Source of the DNA: Escherichia coli
Lineage (GTDB): Bacteria; Pseudomonadota; Gammaproteobacteria; Enterobacterales; Enterobacteriaceae
Direction: 5' to 3' (one strand)
Length of the DNA: 64,000 nt
NCBI RefSeq assembly: GCF_044647545.1
Contig: NZ_CP172818.1
Part shown: piece after piece, positions 33,159 through 45,122 of the stretch
Numbering within the stretch: the stretch's first letter is position 1
How the letters are laid out: each line of letters starts with the position of its first letter
Position numbers and translations under genes: made by a program
The notes under the pieces: model-generated
Database searches by the model: none
What the model was told of the DNA's origin: nothing
What the model saw: the letters and a program-made list of their open reading frames with translations, nothing else

Positions 33159-34147
33159 TTTTTGCGAGACTCCTGAATTAACAAGACGATAAGGTAAATA
33201 CCGCCGAGGCTGACGGTAACGACGCCAACCGGAAGTTGATACGGCATAAACAGTTGTTGGGCGCAGAGATCGGCCGCCAGCAGTAACAACGCCCCGCACA
33301 GCGCCGCCTGGGTCAGCCCCCAGCGAGCGGTGCCGCTAATGCGTCGGGCAATGTGCGGCGCGACTAAAGCAATAAAGGAAATCGGCCCGGCAAGCGCTGT
33401 TGCCGCAGCGGTAAGCACCACTGCAACCAGCATCATTAACAGACGCGAACGTTCGACGCTGACGCCCAGCGCACACGCGGTATCATCGCCCATTTCCAGC
33501 AAGCGCATCCGGCGTACCAGTAAGGCGGCGGCAATTAGCATCAATATAATGATGGGTGCGGAAGGCGAGGTTTTTGCCCACGTCAGGCCGTTGAGCGATC
33601 CGGCATTCCATAAACCCGCTGTTAGCGCCGTTTCTAAAGACGCTTTCAGCAACAGCCAGGTATTAAAGGCCACCAGCATGGCGCGAACGCCGATACCAAT
33701 AATAATCAACCGAAAGGTGTCGATGCCGTTACGCCAGGCGAGCAGCCAGACCAGCAGCGAAGTGACAATGCCGCCCACCATTGCTGCCAGCGCGATAGCC
33801 GTCAGATCCTGACCAAACAGCACCATCGCCACCAGCACGCCGCTCCACGCCCCGGTGTTAAAGCCCATTACGTCAGGGCTACCGAGCGGGTTACGCATCA
33901 GCGACTGAAAAATCGCGCCGCTGACGCCCAGAGCCGCGCCAATTAACAGCGCCATCAGCACGCGTGGTAAACGCCATTCAGTGACCACCATCGTCATACT
34001 GCGCGGCGCATCGCCCATCAGCGCGGCGAATACCTGCGAGGTTTCCAGCGTGACGGTACCGCTGCGTAATCCCCAGATACCTGCAACCACACAGGCGGTA
34101 ATTAGCAGCAAACAGGTGATGATTAATCGGCGAGAGACGTAAATCAT
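33155..34147 (-). CDS. fepG: Ferric enterobactin ABC transporter permease
   Basis: 330-aa polytopic FecCD-family permease; start overlaps the fepD stop by 4 bp and its stop overlaps the fepC start. Confidence 0.92.
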   Translation of the reverse strand: MIYVSRRLIITCLLLITACVVAGIWGLRSGTVTLETSQVFAALMGDAPRSMTMVVTEWRLPRVLMALLIGAALGVSGAIFQSLMRNPLGSPDVMGFNTGAWSGVLVAMVLFGQDLTAIALAAMVGGIVTSLLVWLLAWRNGIDTFRLIIIGIGVRAMLVAFNTWLLLKASLETALTAGLWNAGSLNGLTWAKTSPSAPIIILMLIAAALLVRRMRLLEMGDDTACALGVSVERSRLLMMLVAVVLTAAATALAGPISFIALVAPHIARRISGTARWGLTQAALCGALLLLAADLCAQQLFMPYQLPVGVVTVSLGGIYLIVLLIQESRKK

Positions 34148-35148
34148 GCGCCACCTCGCGTTTTACGTCGCACGAGGAAGATCAGCACCGGTGCGCCAAT
34201 AAAGGCACTGACTACAGAAACGCGTAACTCGCCGGGCACAATCACCCGCCCGATGATATCGGCAAACAGCAGCAGGGCAGGGGTGGCAAGTAGCGTGACG
34301 GGCAGCGACCAGCGATGATCGGCACCTACCAGCCAGCGCGCCATATGCGGCATCATCAGGCCAATAAAGGCAATCGGGCCAACTACCGCCGTCGCACTAC
34401 CACAAAGCACGGTAATCGCCAGCAGACCAATCAACTGTGTGCGCGCCACGCGGCTGCCCAGCGCCGTCGCGGTGTCACTGCCGAGGCTTAAACTGTTCAG
34501 CGCGCGGCTCAGTAATAGCGCGGTTGCTCCGGCGATCAGCACCGGGATCAGCACAACTTTTAAGGTATATAGATTGCGAATATCCAGCGAACCGGCTTGC
34601 CAGAAACGCAGTTGATCGTAGACGTCAGGATTAAGCAGGGCGATGCCGCTGGTCAGCCCTTCCAGCACCGCCGCCAGCGCCACGCCCGCCAGGGTTAAAC
34701 GCACCGGACTTAACTGCCCGCCGCCCTGGCTGCCGGTAAAGGCAACAATCAACGAGGCCACTAGCGCCCCGGCGAAGGCCATCGCCAGTTGTTCCTGCGC
34801 GGATGAGTATCCAAACAGCGCCGCACCCAGCACAATGGCAAAGCTGGCTCCGGCGTTTACGCCAAGCAAGCCGGGGTCGGCAAGTGGGTTTCGGGTGAGG
34901 GTTTGCATCAACGCCCCGGCAAGGCCAAGCGCACCGCCGGCCAGTAAACCGGCAAGGGTGCGCGGCAGTCGTGCGTCGAGCACGATGGTGCAGTCGGCGC
35001 TCTGGCAGGTGCCGGAGAGGGCCTCCAGCACTACGGAAGCGGGGAGTGATTTTGCTCCAATGAGCAGGCTTAATGCCGTCGCGATAATCAGTAATAACAG
35101 CAATCCGGGCACGGCAATGGCGCGTGTCACGGCAACAGAACCAGACAT
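34144..35148 (-). CDS. fepD: Ferric enterobactin ABC transporter permease
   Basis: Start chosen at MSGSVAVTRAIAVPGLLLLL… (about 334 aa); FecCD-family permease. Confidence 0.9.
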   Translation of the reverse strand: MSGSVAVTRAIAVPGLLLLLIIATALSLLIGAKSLPASVVLEALSGTCQSADCTIVLDARLPRTLAGLLAGGALGLAGALMQTLTRNPLADPGLLGVNAGASFAIVLGAALFGYSSAQEQLAMAFAGALVASLIVAFTGSQGGGQLSPVRLTLAGVALAAVLEGLTSGIALLNPDVYDQLRFWQAGSLDIRNLYTLKVVLIPVLIAGATALLLSRALNSLSLGSDTATALGSRVARTQLIGLLAITVLCGSATAVVGPIAFIGLMMPHMARWLVGADHRWSLPVTLLATPALLLFADIIGRVIVPGELRVSVVSAFIGAPVLIFLVRRKTRGGA

Positions 35149-35160
35149 ACGAACTTCCAT

Positions 35161-35185
35161 GATAATGAAATTAATTATCGTTATC
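35161..35185. promoter_or_regulatory. Fur box in the fepD/entS divergent promoter region
   Basis: GATAATGAAATTAATTATCGTTATC is a close match to the Fur consensus GATAATGATAATCATTATC and sits immediately upstream of the fepD start. Confidence 0.6.
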
Positions 35186-35258
35186 GATCTTATTTGGATA
35201 TGTTAGCATGTGCAGCCTAAGAATAGGTATTTAAAATATTTGATGGCAAGGCATTGTA

Positions 35259-36509
35259 ATGAATAAACAATCCTGGCTGCTTAACCTCAGCCTGTTGAAA
35301 ACGCACCCGGCGTTTCGCGCAGTATTCCTCGCTCGTTTTATCTCAATTGTGTCTCTGGGTTTGCTCGGCGTCGCGGTGCCGGTGCAGATCCAGATGATGA
35401 CGCATTCTACCTGGCAGGTGGGGCTTTCGGTGACGCTGACCGGCGGCGCGATGTTTGTTGGCCTGATGGTCGGCGGTGTGCTGGCGGATCGCTATGAGCG
35501 TAAAAAAGTGATTTTGCTGGCGCGCGGCACCTGTGGCATTGGCTTCATTGGACTGTGCCTGAACGCGCTGCTGCCGGAGCCGTCATTGCTGGCAATCTAT
35601 TTACTTGGTTTATGGGATGGTTTTTTCGCATCACTTGGCGTTACGGCGCTACTGGCGGCGACACCTGCACTGGTAGGGCGTGAAAACCTAATGCAGGCCG
35701 GGGCGATCACCATGTTGACTGTGCGTCTGGGATCGGTGATTTCGCCCATGATTGGCGGTTTACTGCTGGCGACCGGAGGCGTAGCCTGGAACTACGGGCT
35801 GGCGGCGGCGGGCACGTTTATTACCTTGCTACCGTTGTTAAGCCTTCCGGCGTTGCCACCACCGCCGCAGCCGCGTGAGCATCCGTTGAAATCATTACTG
35901 GCAGGATTTCGTTTTCTACTCGCCAGCCCGCTGGTGGGAGGGATTGCGTTGCTGGGTGGTTTATTGACGATGGCGAGCGCGGTGCGGGTCCTGTATCCGG
36001 CGCTGGCTGACAACTGGCAGATGTCGGCGGCACAGATTGGTTTTCTCTATGCGGCGATTCCGCTCGGCGCGGCTATTGGCGCGTTAACCAGCGGGAAGCT
36101 GGCACATAGTGCGCGACCAGGGTTATTGATGCTGCTCTCCACGCTGGGATCGTTCCTTGCCATTGGTCTGTTTGGCCTGATGCCGATGTGGATTTTAGGC
36201 GTGGTTTGCCTGGCGCTGTTCGGTTGGTTGAGCGCGGTTAGTTCGTTGCTGCAATATACAATGCTGCAAACGCAAACCCCGGAAGCGATGTTAGGGCGGA
36301 TTAACGGTTTGTGGACGGCGCAAAACGTGACGGGCGATGCCATAGGCGCAGCGCTGCTGGGCGGTTTGGGCGCGATGATGACACCGGTTGCTTCCGCAAG
36401 CGCGAGCGGTTTTGGTTTGTTGATTATCGGCGTGTTGTTATTGCTGGTGCTGGTGGAGTTGCGACGTTTTCGCCAGACGCCGCCGCAGATGACAGCGTCC
36501 GACAGTTAA
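35259..36509 (+). CDS. entS: Enterobactin exporter, MFS transporter
   Basis: 416-aa ORF with 12 predicted TM helices; recognised as EntS (YbdA). Confidence 0.92.
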   Translation: MNKQSWLLNLSLLKTHPAFRAVFLARFISIVSLGLLGVAVPVQIQMMTHSTWQVGLSVTLTGGAMFVGLMVGGVLADRYERKKVILLARGTCGIGFIGLCLNALLPEPSLLAIYLLGLWDGFFASLGVTALLAATPALVGRENLMQAGAITMLTVRLGSVISPMIGGLLLATGGVAWNYGLAAAGTFITLLPLLSLPALPPPPQPREHPLKSLLAGFRFLLASPLVGGIALLGGLLTMASAVRVLYPALADNWQMSAAQIGFLYAAIPLGAAIGALTSGKLAHSARPGLLMLLSTLGSFLAIGLFGLMPMWILGVVCLALFGWLSAVSSLLQYTMLQTQTPEAMLGRINGLWTAQNVTGDAIGAALLGGLGAMMTPVASASASGFGLLIIGVLLLLVLVELRRFRQTPPQMTASDS

Positions 36510-36512
36510 TGC

Positions 36513-37469
36513 TTAAAACAGCGCCTTAAGTCGTTCCAGCACTTGCATGGCGCTGTAGTAATCCAGGCGGAACGTCTCGGTTCCCAGCGCATAAACCTGC
36601 TTGTTTTGTACTGCAGGCAGGTGCGCGAGCAGTGGATTGGCATAAATCGCATCGGCATCTTTCTGATCACCAGCGAACAGGAATAGTGAATCGCCATTTA
36701 ACCCTGCAGCCAGATTTTCTCCACCAAGCTGAATGATGTCATGGCGTTTGCCCTGGCTTTGGCTGGCGTTTAACCCTGCGGGCAATTTCGCCAACGTAAA
36801 GCCGAGTTGTTCCAGCATCTGCCCTTGTGCTGATTCCGGCGTCCAGAGATTGGCACTGTGTGCAGCGGCGGTATAGACAATGGCAGTGACCGGCTGCGGC
36901 GGTAATTTGATTTGCTCTTTCGCCGCCGCCAGTTGCTTATCAAACTGTGCAATCCGCTCTGCCGCTTGTTTCTCATGCCCGGTAATTTCGCCAAGCTGCG
37001 TTAACAGCGACTGCCAGCTTTTGTCGTCGTAATTGATGATTAATGTTGGGGCGATGGTAGAAAGCTGATCGTACAGCGCCAGCGCCGAATCGCCGCCGGT
37101 TGCGCTAATTAAAATCAGATCCGGCATTTGCGCGGCAACGGCTTCGGCGCTCGGTTCGCCGATATAGATCCGTTGCAGTTTGCGTTCTTTCGCCACCTTG
37201 CTCCACTGGCGTAAAAAGCCCTGGTCATCCGCGACGCGGTTATTTGGCGTGGTCGCGCCGCTGGCGATCACCGGAGCATCAATCGCCAGCAGTGAGCCGG
37301 TCAGGGTGACGCTGGTGGAAACTATACGCTGCGGCTGGCTTTCCAGGGTATGAGTGCCCCGGCTGTCAGTAATCTGACGCGGCCAGTCGGCGGCCTGAAC
37401 TGCGACTATTCCTGAAAGCAAAAGTCCTGTTAATAGAAGGGCGTTGCGGTAGAGCGGGGCGAGTCTCAC
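36513..37469 (-). CDS. fepB: Ferric enterobactin periplasmic binding protein
   Basis: 318-aa ORF with signal peptide ([26 protein letters not shown]); siderophore-binding PBP family. Confidence 0.92.
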   Translation of the reverse strand: MRLAPLYRNALLLTGLLLSGIVAVQAADWPRQITDSRGTHTLESQPQRIVSTSVTLTGSLLAIDAPVIASGATTPNNRVADDQGFLRQWSKVAKERKLQRIYIGEPSAEAVAAQMPDLILISATGGDSALALYDQLSTIAPTLIINYDDKSWQSLLTQLGEITGHEKQAAERIAQFDKQLAAAKEQIKLPPQPVTAIVYTAAAHSANLWTPESAQGQMLEQLGFTLAKLPAGLNASQSQGKRHDIIQLGGENLAAGLNGDSLFLFAGDQKDADAIYANPLLAHLPAVQNKQVYALGTETFRLDYYSAMQVLERLKALF

Positions 37470-37607
37470 AAATTAGCTTCCTGTTATTAATAGAGTTAAT
37501 GCTTCTCATTTTCATTGTAACCACAAACAGATGCAACCCCGAGTTGCAGATTGCGTTACCTCAAGAGTTGACATAGTGCGCGTTTGCTTTTAGGTTAGCG
37601 ACCGAAA

Positions 37608-37630
37608 ATATAAATGATAATCATTATTAA
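37608..37630. promoter_or_regulatory. Fur box in the fepB/entC divergent promoter region
   Basis: ATAAATGATAATCATTATTAAAG contains GATAATCATTAT, a near-perfect Fur consensus core, about 30 bp upstream of the entC start. Confidence 0.6.
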
Positions 37631-37657
37631 AGCCTTTATCATTTTGTGGAGGATGAT

Positions 37658-38833
37658 ATGGATACGTCACTGGCTGAGGAAGTACAGCAGACCATGGCAA
37701 CACTTGCGCCCAATCGCTTTTTCTTTATGTCGCCGTACCGCAGTTTTACGACGTCAGGATGTTTCGCCCGCTTCGATGAACCGGCTGTGAACGGGGATTC
37801 GCCCGACAGTCCCTTCCAGCAAAAACTCGCCGCGCTGTTTGCCGATGCCAAAGCGCAGGGCATCAAAAATCCGGTGATGGTCGGGGCGATTCCCTTCGAT
37901 CCACGTCAGCCTTCGTCGCTGTATATTCCCGAATCCTGGCAGTCGTTCTCCCGTCAGGAAAAACAAGCTTCCGCACGCCGTTTCACCCGCAGCCAGTCGC
38001 TGAACGTGGTGGAACGTCAGGCCATTCCGGAACAAGCCACGTTTGAACAGATGGTTGCCCGTGCTGCCGCACTTACCGCCACGCCGCAGGTCGACAAAGT
38101 GGTGTTGTCACGGTTGATTGATATCACCACTGACGCCGCCATTGATAGTGGCGTATTGCTGGAACGGTTGATTGCGCAAAACCCGGTTAGTTACAACTTC
38201 CATGTTCCGTTGGCTGATGGTGGCGTTCTGCTGGGGGCCAGCCCGGAACTGCTGCTACGTAAAGACGGCGAGCGTTTTAGCTCCATTCCGTTAGCCGGTT
38301 CCGCGCGTCGTCAGCCGGATGAAGTGCTCGATCGCGAAGCGGGTAATCGTCTGCTGGCGTCAGAAAAAGATCGCCATGAACATGAACTGGTGACTCAGGC
38401 GATGAAAGAGGTACTGCGCGAACGCAGTAGTGAGTTACACGTTCCTTCCTCTCCACAACTGATCACCACGCCGACGCTGTGGCATCTCGCAACGCCCTTT
38501 GAAGGTAAAGCGAATTTGCAAGAAAACGCACTGACTCTGGCCTGTCTGCTGCATCCGACCCCCGCGTTGAGCGGTTTCCCGCATCAGGCCGCGACTCAGG
38601 TTATTGCTGAACTGGAGCCGTTCGACCGCGAACTGTTTGGCGGCATTGTGGGTTGGTGTGACAGCGAAGGTAACGGCGAATGGGTTGTGACCATCCGCTG
38701 CGCGAAGCTGCGGGAAAATCAGGTGCGTCTGTTTGCCGGAGCGGGGATTGTGCCTGCGTCGTCACCGTTGGGTGAGTGGCGCGAAACGGGCGTCAAACTT
38801 TCTACCATGTTGAACGTTTTTGGATTGCATTAA
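37658..38833 (+). CDS. entC: Isochorismate synthase
   Basis: ATG-initiated [16 protein letters not shown]… (391 aa); the track ORF begins at an upstream GTG; chorismate-binding enzyme family. Confidence 0.92.
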   Translation: MDTSLAEEVQQTMATLAPNRFFFMSPYRSFTTSGCFARFDEPAVNGDSPDSPFQQKLAALFADAKAQGIKNPVMVGAIPFDPRQPSSLYIPESWQSFSRQEKQASARRFTRSQSLNVVERQAIPEQATFEQMVARAAALTATPQVDKVVLSRLIDITTDAAIDSGVLLERLIAQNPVSYNFHVPLADGGVLLGASPELLLRKDGERFSSIPLAGSARRQPDEVLDREAGNRLLASEKDRHEHELVTQAMKEVLRERSSELHVPSSPQLITTPTLWHLATPFEGKANLQENALTLACLLHPTPALSGFPHQAATQVIAELEPFDRELFGGIVGWCDSEGNGEWVVTIRCAKLRENQVRLFAGAGIVPASSPLGEWRETGVKLSTMLNVFGLH

Positions 38834-38842
38834 GGAGCGAGG

Positions 38843-40453
38843 ATGAGCATTCCATTTACCCGCTGGCCGGAAGAGTTTGCCTGTCGCTATCGGGAAAAAG
38901 GCTACTGGCAGGATTTGCCGCTGACCGACATTCTGACGCGACATGCTGCGAGTGACAGCATCGCGGTTATCGACGGCGAGCGGCAGTTGAGTTACCGGGA
39001 GCTGAATCAGGCGGCGGATAACCTCGCGTGTAGTTTGCGCCGTCAGGGCATTAAACCTGGTGAAACCGCGCTGGTACAGCTGGGTAACGTCGCTGAATTG
39101 TATATTACCTTTTTCGCGCTGCTGAAACTGGGCGTTGCGCCGGTGCTGGCGCTGTTCAGCCATCAGCGTAGTGAACTGAACGCCTACGCCAGCCAGATTG
39201 AACCGGCGTTACTGATTGCCGATCGCCAACATGCGCTGTTTAGCGGGGATGATTTCCTCAACACATTTGTTGCAGGGCATTCTTCCATTCGCGTGGTGCA
39301 ACTTCACAACGACAGCGGTGAGCATAACTTGCAGGATGCGATTAACCATCCGGCTGAGGATTTTACTGCCACGCCATCTCCTGCTGATGAAGTGGCCTAT
39401 TTCCAGCTTTCCGGCGGAACCACCGGCACACCGAAACTCATCCCACGCACTCATAATGACTATTACTACAGCGTGCGTCGTAGCGTCGAGATTTGTCAGT
39501 TCACACAACAGACGCGCTACCTGTGCGCGATCCCGGCGGCTCATAACTACGCCATGAGTTCACCGGGATCGTTGGGGGTATTTCTCGCTGGCGGCACTGT
39601 CGTTCTGGCTGCCGACCCCAGCGCCACGCTTTGCTTCCCATTGATTGAAAAACATCAGGTGAACGTCACCGCGCTGGTGCCACCAGCAGTCAGCCTGTGG
39701 TTACAAGCGCTGACCGAAGGTGAAAGCCGGACGCAGCTTGCTTCCCTGAAACTGTTACAGGTCGGCGGCGCCCGTCTTTCTGCCACGCTGGCAGCGCGTA
39801 TTCCCGTAGAGATTGGCTGCCAGTTACAGCAGGTGTTCGGTATGGCGGAAGGGCTGGTGAACTACACCCGACTTGATGATAGCGCGGAGAAAATTATCCA
39901 TACCCAGGGTTACCCAATGTGTCCGGACGATGAAGTGTGGGTTGCCGATGCCGAAGGAAATCCACTGCCGCAAGGGGAAGTTGGACGCCTGATGACCCGC
40001 GGTCCGTACACCTTCCGTGGCTATTACAAAAGCCCGCAGCACAATGCCAGCGCCTTTGATGCCAACGGTTTTTACTGTTCCGGCGATCTGATCTCTATTG
40101 ATCCAGAGGGTTACATCACTGTGCAGGGGCGCGAGAAAGATCAGATCAACCGTGGCGGCGAGAAGATCGCTGCCGAAGAGATCGAAAACCTGCTGCTGCG
40201 CCATCCGGCGGTGATCTACGCCGCACTGGTGAGCATGGAAGATGAGCTGATGGGCGAAAAAAGCTGTGCTTATCTGGTGGTAAAAGAGCCGCTGCGCGCG
40301 GTGCAGGTGCGTCGTTTCCTGCGTGAACAGGGTATTGCCGAATTTAAATTACCGGATCGCGTGGAGTGTGTGGATTCACTTCCGCTGACGGCGGTCGGGA
40401 AAGTCGATAAAAAACAATTACGTCAGTGGCTGGCGTCACGCGCATCAGCCTGA
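38843..40453 (+). CDS. entE: 2,3-dihydroxybenzoate-AMP ligase
   Basis: 536-aa adenylating enzyme; [12 protein letters not shown]-binding motif visible. Confidence 0.95.
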   Translation: MSIPFTRWPEEFACRYREKGYWQDLPLTDILTRHAASDSIAVIDGERQLSYRELNQAADNLACSLRRQGIKPGETALVQLGNVAELYITFFALLKLGVAPVLALFSHQRSELNAYASQIEPALLIADRQHALFSGDDFLNTFVAGHSSIRVVQLHNDSGEHNLQDAINHPAEDFTATPSPADEVAYFQLSGGTTGTPKLIPRTHNDYYYSVRRSVEICQFTQQTRYLCAIPAAHNYAMSSPGSLGVFLAGGTVVLAADPSATLCFPLIEKHQVNVTALVPPAVSLWLQALTEGESRTQLASLKLLQVGGARLSATLAARIPVEIGCQLQQVFGMAEGLVNYTRLDDSAEKIIHTQGYPMCPDDEVWVADAEGNPLPQGEVGRLMTRGPYTFRGYYKSPQHNASAFDANGFYCSGDLISIDPEGYITVQGREKDQINRGGEKIAAEEIENLLLRHPAVIYAALVSMEDELMGEKSCAYLVVKEPLRAVQVRRFLREQGIAEFKLPDRVECVDSLPLTAVGKVDKKQLRQWLASRASA

Positions 40454-40466
40454 AGGAGAGAACACG

Positions 40467-41323
40467 ATGGCTATTCCAAAATTACAGGCTTACGCACTGC
40501 CGGAGTCTCACGATATTCCTAAGAATAAAGTCGACTGGGCCTTTGAACCGCAACGTGCCGCGTTGTTAATCCATGATATGCAGGACTATTTTGTCAGCTT
40601 CTGGGGCGAGAACTGCCCGATGATGGAGCAGGTGATCGCGAATATTGCGGCACTACGCGACTACTGCAAACAGCACAATATCCCGGTTTATTACACCGCC
40701 CAGCCGAAAGAGCAGAGCGATGAAGATCGGGCGCTGTTGAATGATATGTGGGGGCCAGGCCTGACCCGTTCGCCGGAACAGCAAAAGGTGGTGGATCGCC
40801 TGACGCCAGATGCCGACGACACGGTGCTGGTGAAGTGGCGCTACAGCGCGTTTCATCGTTCCCCGCTGGAGCAAATGCTGAAAGAGAGTGGACGTAACCA
40901 GCTGATTATTACCGGGGTATATGCCCACATTGGCTGTATGACCACCGCAACGGACGCATTTATGCGCGATATTAAACCGTTTATGGTGGCAGATGCGCTG
41001 GCCGATTTCAGCCGTGACGAGCATTTGATGTCGCTGAAATATGTGGCCGGACGTTCTGGCCGGGTGGTGATGACCGAAGAATTGCTGCCAGCACCTATCC
41101 CCGCCAGCAAAGCGGCGCTGCGTGAGGTGATCCTGCCGTTGCTGGACGAGTCCGATGAACCGTTCGATGATGACAACCTGATCGACTACGGTCTGGATTC
41201 GGTGCGGATGATGGCGCTGGCGGCGCGCTGGCGCAAAGTGCATAGCGATATCGACTTTGTCATGCTGGCGAAAAACCCGACCATCGACGCCTGGTGGAAG
41301 CTACTTTCCCGCGAGGTGAAATA

Positions 41324-41324
<1 letters not shown>
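40467..41324 (+). CDS. entB: Isochorismatase / aryl carrier protein (bifunctional)
   Basis: 285-aa ORF; N-terminal isochorismatase domain and C-terminal carrier domain with phosphopantetheine-attachment motif DYGLDSVRMMAL. Confidence 0.95.
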
Positions 41325-42486
<1,162 letters not shown>

Positions 42487-42666
42487 GCCCGACAGAATTA
42501 AATGAGATTGCAGGAAAACGCGGTTAACGGAGTGATCGAGTTAACATTGTTAAGTTAAATATTGGTTTCAACTCTGATTTACATGGTTGCTGTGTTGTTA
42601 AATTGTACAAAGATGTTATAGAAACAAAATGTAACATCTCTATGGACACGCACACGGATAACAACT

Positions 42667-44772
42667 ATGAACAAATCAGGGAAATACCTCGTCTGGACAG
42701 TGCTCTCTGTAATGGGAGCATTTGCTCTGGGATACATTGCTTTAAATCGTGGGGAACAGATCAACGCGCTGTGGATTGTGGTGGCGTCGGTCTGTATCTA
42801 TCTGATCGCTTACCGTTTTTATGGGTTGTATATCGCCAAAAATGTGCTGGCGGTTGACCCGACGCGTATGACGCCAGCGGTGCGCCATAACGACGGGCTG
42901 GACTATGTGCCGACGGACAAGAAAGTGCTGTTCGGTCACCATTTTGCGGCCATTGCCGGAGCTGGCCCGCTGGTGGGGCCGGTACTGGCGGCGCAAATGG
43001 GTTACCTGCCAGGGATGATCTGGCTGCTCGCCGGGGTGGTTCTCGCCGGTGCGGTGCAGGATTTCATGGTGCTGTTTGTTTCTACGCGCCGTGACGGTCG
43101 CTCGCTGGGTGAGCTGGTCAAAGAAGAGATGGGGCCAACCGCCGGGGTGATAGCGCTGGTGGCCTGCTTTATGATCATGGTCATTATCCTTGCCGTGCTG
43201 GCGATGATCGTGGTGAAAGCCCTGACTCATAGCCCGTGGGGAACGTATACCGTTGCGTTCACCATTCCGCTGGCGCTGTTTATGGGGATCTACCTGCGCT
43301 ATTTGCGTCCGGGGCGTATTGGCGAAGTGTCGGTGATTGGTCTGGTGTTCCTGATTTTCGCCATTATCTCTGGCGGCTGGGTGGCAGAAAGCCCGACCTG
43401 GGCACCGTACTTTGACTTTACCGGCGTGCAGCTGACCTGGATGCTGGTGGGCTACGGTTTTGTGGCGGCGGTGCTGCCGGTGTGGTTGCTGCTGGCCCCG
43501 CGCGACTACCTCTCAACCTTCCTGAAAATCGGGACTATCGTCGGTCTGGCGGTAGGCATTCTGATTATGCGCCCGACGCTGACCATGCCTGCGCTAACTA
43601 AATTTGTCGATGGCACTGGCCCGGTATGGACCGGTAACCTGTTCCCGTTCCTGTTTATCACCATCGCCTGTGGCGCGGTGTCTGGCTTCCATGCACTGAT
43701 CTCTTCCGGCACTACACCGAAGATGCTGGCGAACGAAGGGCAGGCGTGCTTTATCGGCTACGGTGGGATGTTGATGGAATCCTTCGTGGCGATTATGGCG
43801 CTGGTTTCCGCCTGTATCATCGATCCGGGTGTGTACTTCGCCATGAACAGCCCGATGGCGGTGCTGGCTCCGGCAGGGACGGCGGATGTGGTTGCTTCTG
43901 CCGCGCAGGTGGTGAGTAGCTGGGGCTTTGCGATTACCCCGGATACGCTAAACCAGATTGCCAGCGAAGTGGGTGAACAGTCGATCATTTCCCGTGCGGG
44001 CGGTGCGCCGACCCTGGCGGTGGGGATGGCCTACATTCTGCACGGTGCGCTGGGCGGCATGATGGATGTGGCGTTCTGGTATCACTTCGCCATTCTGTTT
44101 GAAGCACTGTTTATTCTGACGGCGGTGGATGCAGGTACGCGTGCTGCGCGCTTTATGTTGCAGGATCTGCTGGGCGTGGTGTCTCCGGGCCTGAAACGGA
44201 CCGATTCACTGCCTGCTAACCTGCTGGCAACGGCGCTGTGCGTACTGGCGTGGGGCTACTTCCTCCATCAGGGCGTGGTCGATCCGCTGGGCGGTATTAA
44301 CACTCTGTGGCCGCTGTTTGGTATTGCCAACCAGATGCTGGCAGGGATGGCGCTGATGCTCTGTGCTGTGGTGCTGTTCAAAATGAAACGTCAACGTTAC
44401 GCCTGGGTGGCGCTGGTACCAACGGCCTGGCTGCTGATTTGTACCCTGACCGCAGGCTGGCAGAAAGCGTTTAGCCTGGATGCAAAAGTCGGCTTCCTGG
44501 CGATTGCTAACAAGTTCCAGGCAATGATCGACAGCGGCAATATTCCGTCGCAGTATACCGAGTCACAGCTGGCGCAACTGGTGTTCAACAACCGTCTGGA
44601 TGCCGGGTTAACCATCTTCTTTATGGTGGTCGTGGTGGTTCTGGCACTGTTCTCGATTAAGACGGCACTGGCGGCATTGAAAGAGCCGAAGCCAACGGCG
44701 AAAGAAACGCCGTATGAGCCGATGCCGGAAAATGTCGAGGAGATCGTGGCGCAGGCAAAAGGCGCGCACTAA
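42667..44772 (+). CDS. cstA: Carbon starvation protein A, CstA-family peptide/pyruvate transporter
   Basis: 701-aa polytopic membrane protein recognised as CstA. Confidence 0.93.
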   Translation: MNKSGKYLVWTVLSVMGAFALGYIALNRGEQINALWIVVASVCIYLIAYRFYGLYIAKNVLAVDPTRMTPAVRHNDGLDYVPTDKKVLFGHHFAAIAGAGPLVGPVLAAQMGYLPGMIWLLAGVVLAGAVQDFMVLFVSTRRDGRSLGELVKEEMGPTAGVIALVACFMIMVIILAVLAMIVVKALTHSPWGTYTVAFTIPLALFMGIYLRYLRPGRIGEVSVIGLVFLIFAIISGGWVAESPTWAPYFDFTGVQLTWMLVGYGFVAAVLPVWLLLAPRDYLSTFLKIGTIVGLAVGILIMRPTLTMPALTKFVDGTGPVWTGNLFPFLFITIACGAVSGFHALISSGTTPKMLANEGQACFIGYGGMLMESFVAIMALVSACIIDPGVYFAMNSPMAVLAPAGTADVVASAAQVVSSWGFAITPDTLNQIASEVGEQSIISRAGGAPTLAVGMAYILHGALGGMMDVAFWYHFAILFEALFILTAVDAGTRAARFMLQDLLGVVSPGLKRTDSLPANLLATALCVLAWGYFLHQGVVDPLGGINTLWPLFGIANQMLAGMALMLCAVVLFKMKRQRYAWVALVPTAWLLICTLTAGWQKAFSLDAKVGFLAIANKFQAMIDSGNIPSQYTESQLAQLVFNNRLDAGLTIFFMVVVVVLALFSIKTALAALKEPKPTAKETPYEPMPENVEEIVAQAKGAH

Positions 44773-44777
44773 AGTCA

Positions 44778-44870
44778 GAGTGAGGGGGGATGTTGGCGAA
44801 TGTTGGCATGGTGCCGAGGGTTCCCCCTCACCCTAACCCTCTCTCCTGTGGGGCGAGGGGACTGACCGAG
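44778..44870. repeat. GC-rich structured inverted-repeat element in the cstA-ybdD spacer
   Basis: GTGAGGGGGGA (about 44780-44790) pairs with TCCCCCTCAC (about 44822-44831) across a loop containing the tandem ATGTTGGC…ATGTTGGC, followed by a CCCTAACCCTCTCTCC…GGGGCGAGGGGA tract. Confidence 0.4.
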
Positions 44871-44915
44871 CGCGTTGATAGCACCCTCTCAGCAACCTGT
44901 TTACCGGAGGTTTAG

Positions 44916-45113
44916 ATGTTTGATTCACTGGCAAAAGCCGGAAAATATTTAGGTCAGGCGGCGAAACTGATGATTGGTATGCCTGATTACGACAACTATG
45001 TCGAACATATGCGGGTTAACCATCCCGATCAAACGCCGATGACCTACGAAGAGTTTTTCCGTGAGCGGCAGGACGCGCGCTACGGTGGAAAAGGCGGCGC
45101 GCGCTGCTGCTAA
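44916..45113 (+). CDS. ybdD: Small conserved protein paired with cstA (DUF466-like)
   Basis: 65-aa [61 protein letters not shown]… recognised as YbdD. Confidence 0.8.
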   Translation: MFDSLAKAGKYLGQAAKLMIGMPDYDNYVEHMRVNHPDQTPMTYEEFFRERQDARYGGKGGARCC

Positions 45114-45122
45114 ATCTGTACG

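Noticed and set aside
42487-42666. CRP-binding site upstream of cstA
   Set aside because: cstA is described as CRP-dependent, but I could not find a convincing TGTGA-N6-TCACA match in this spacer by eye, so no site is annotated.
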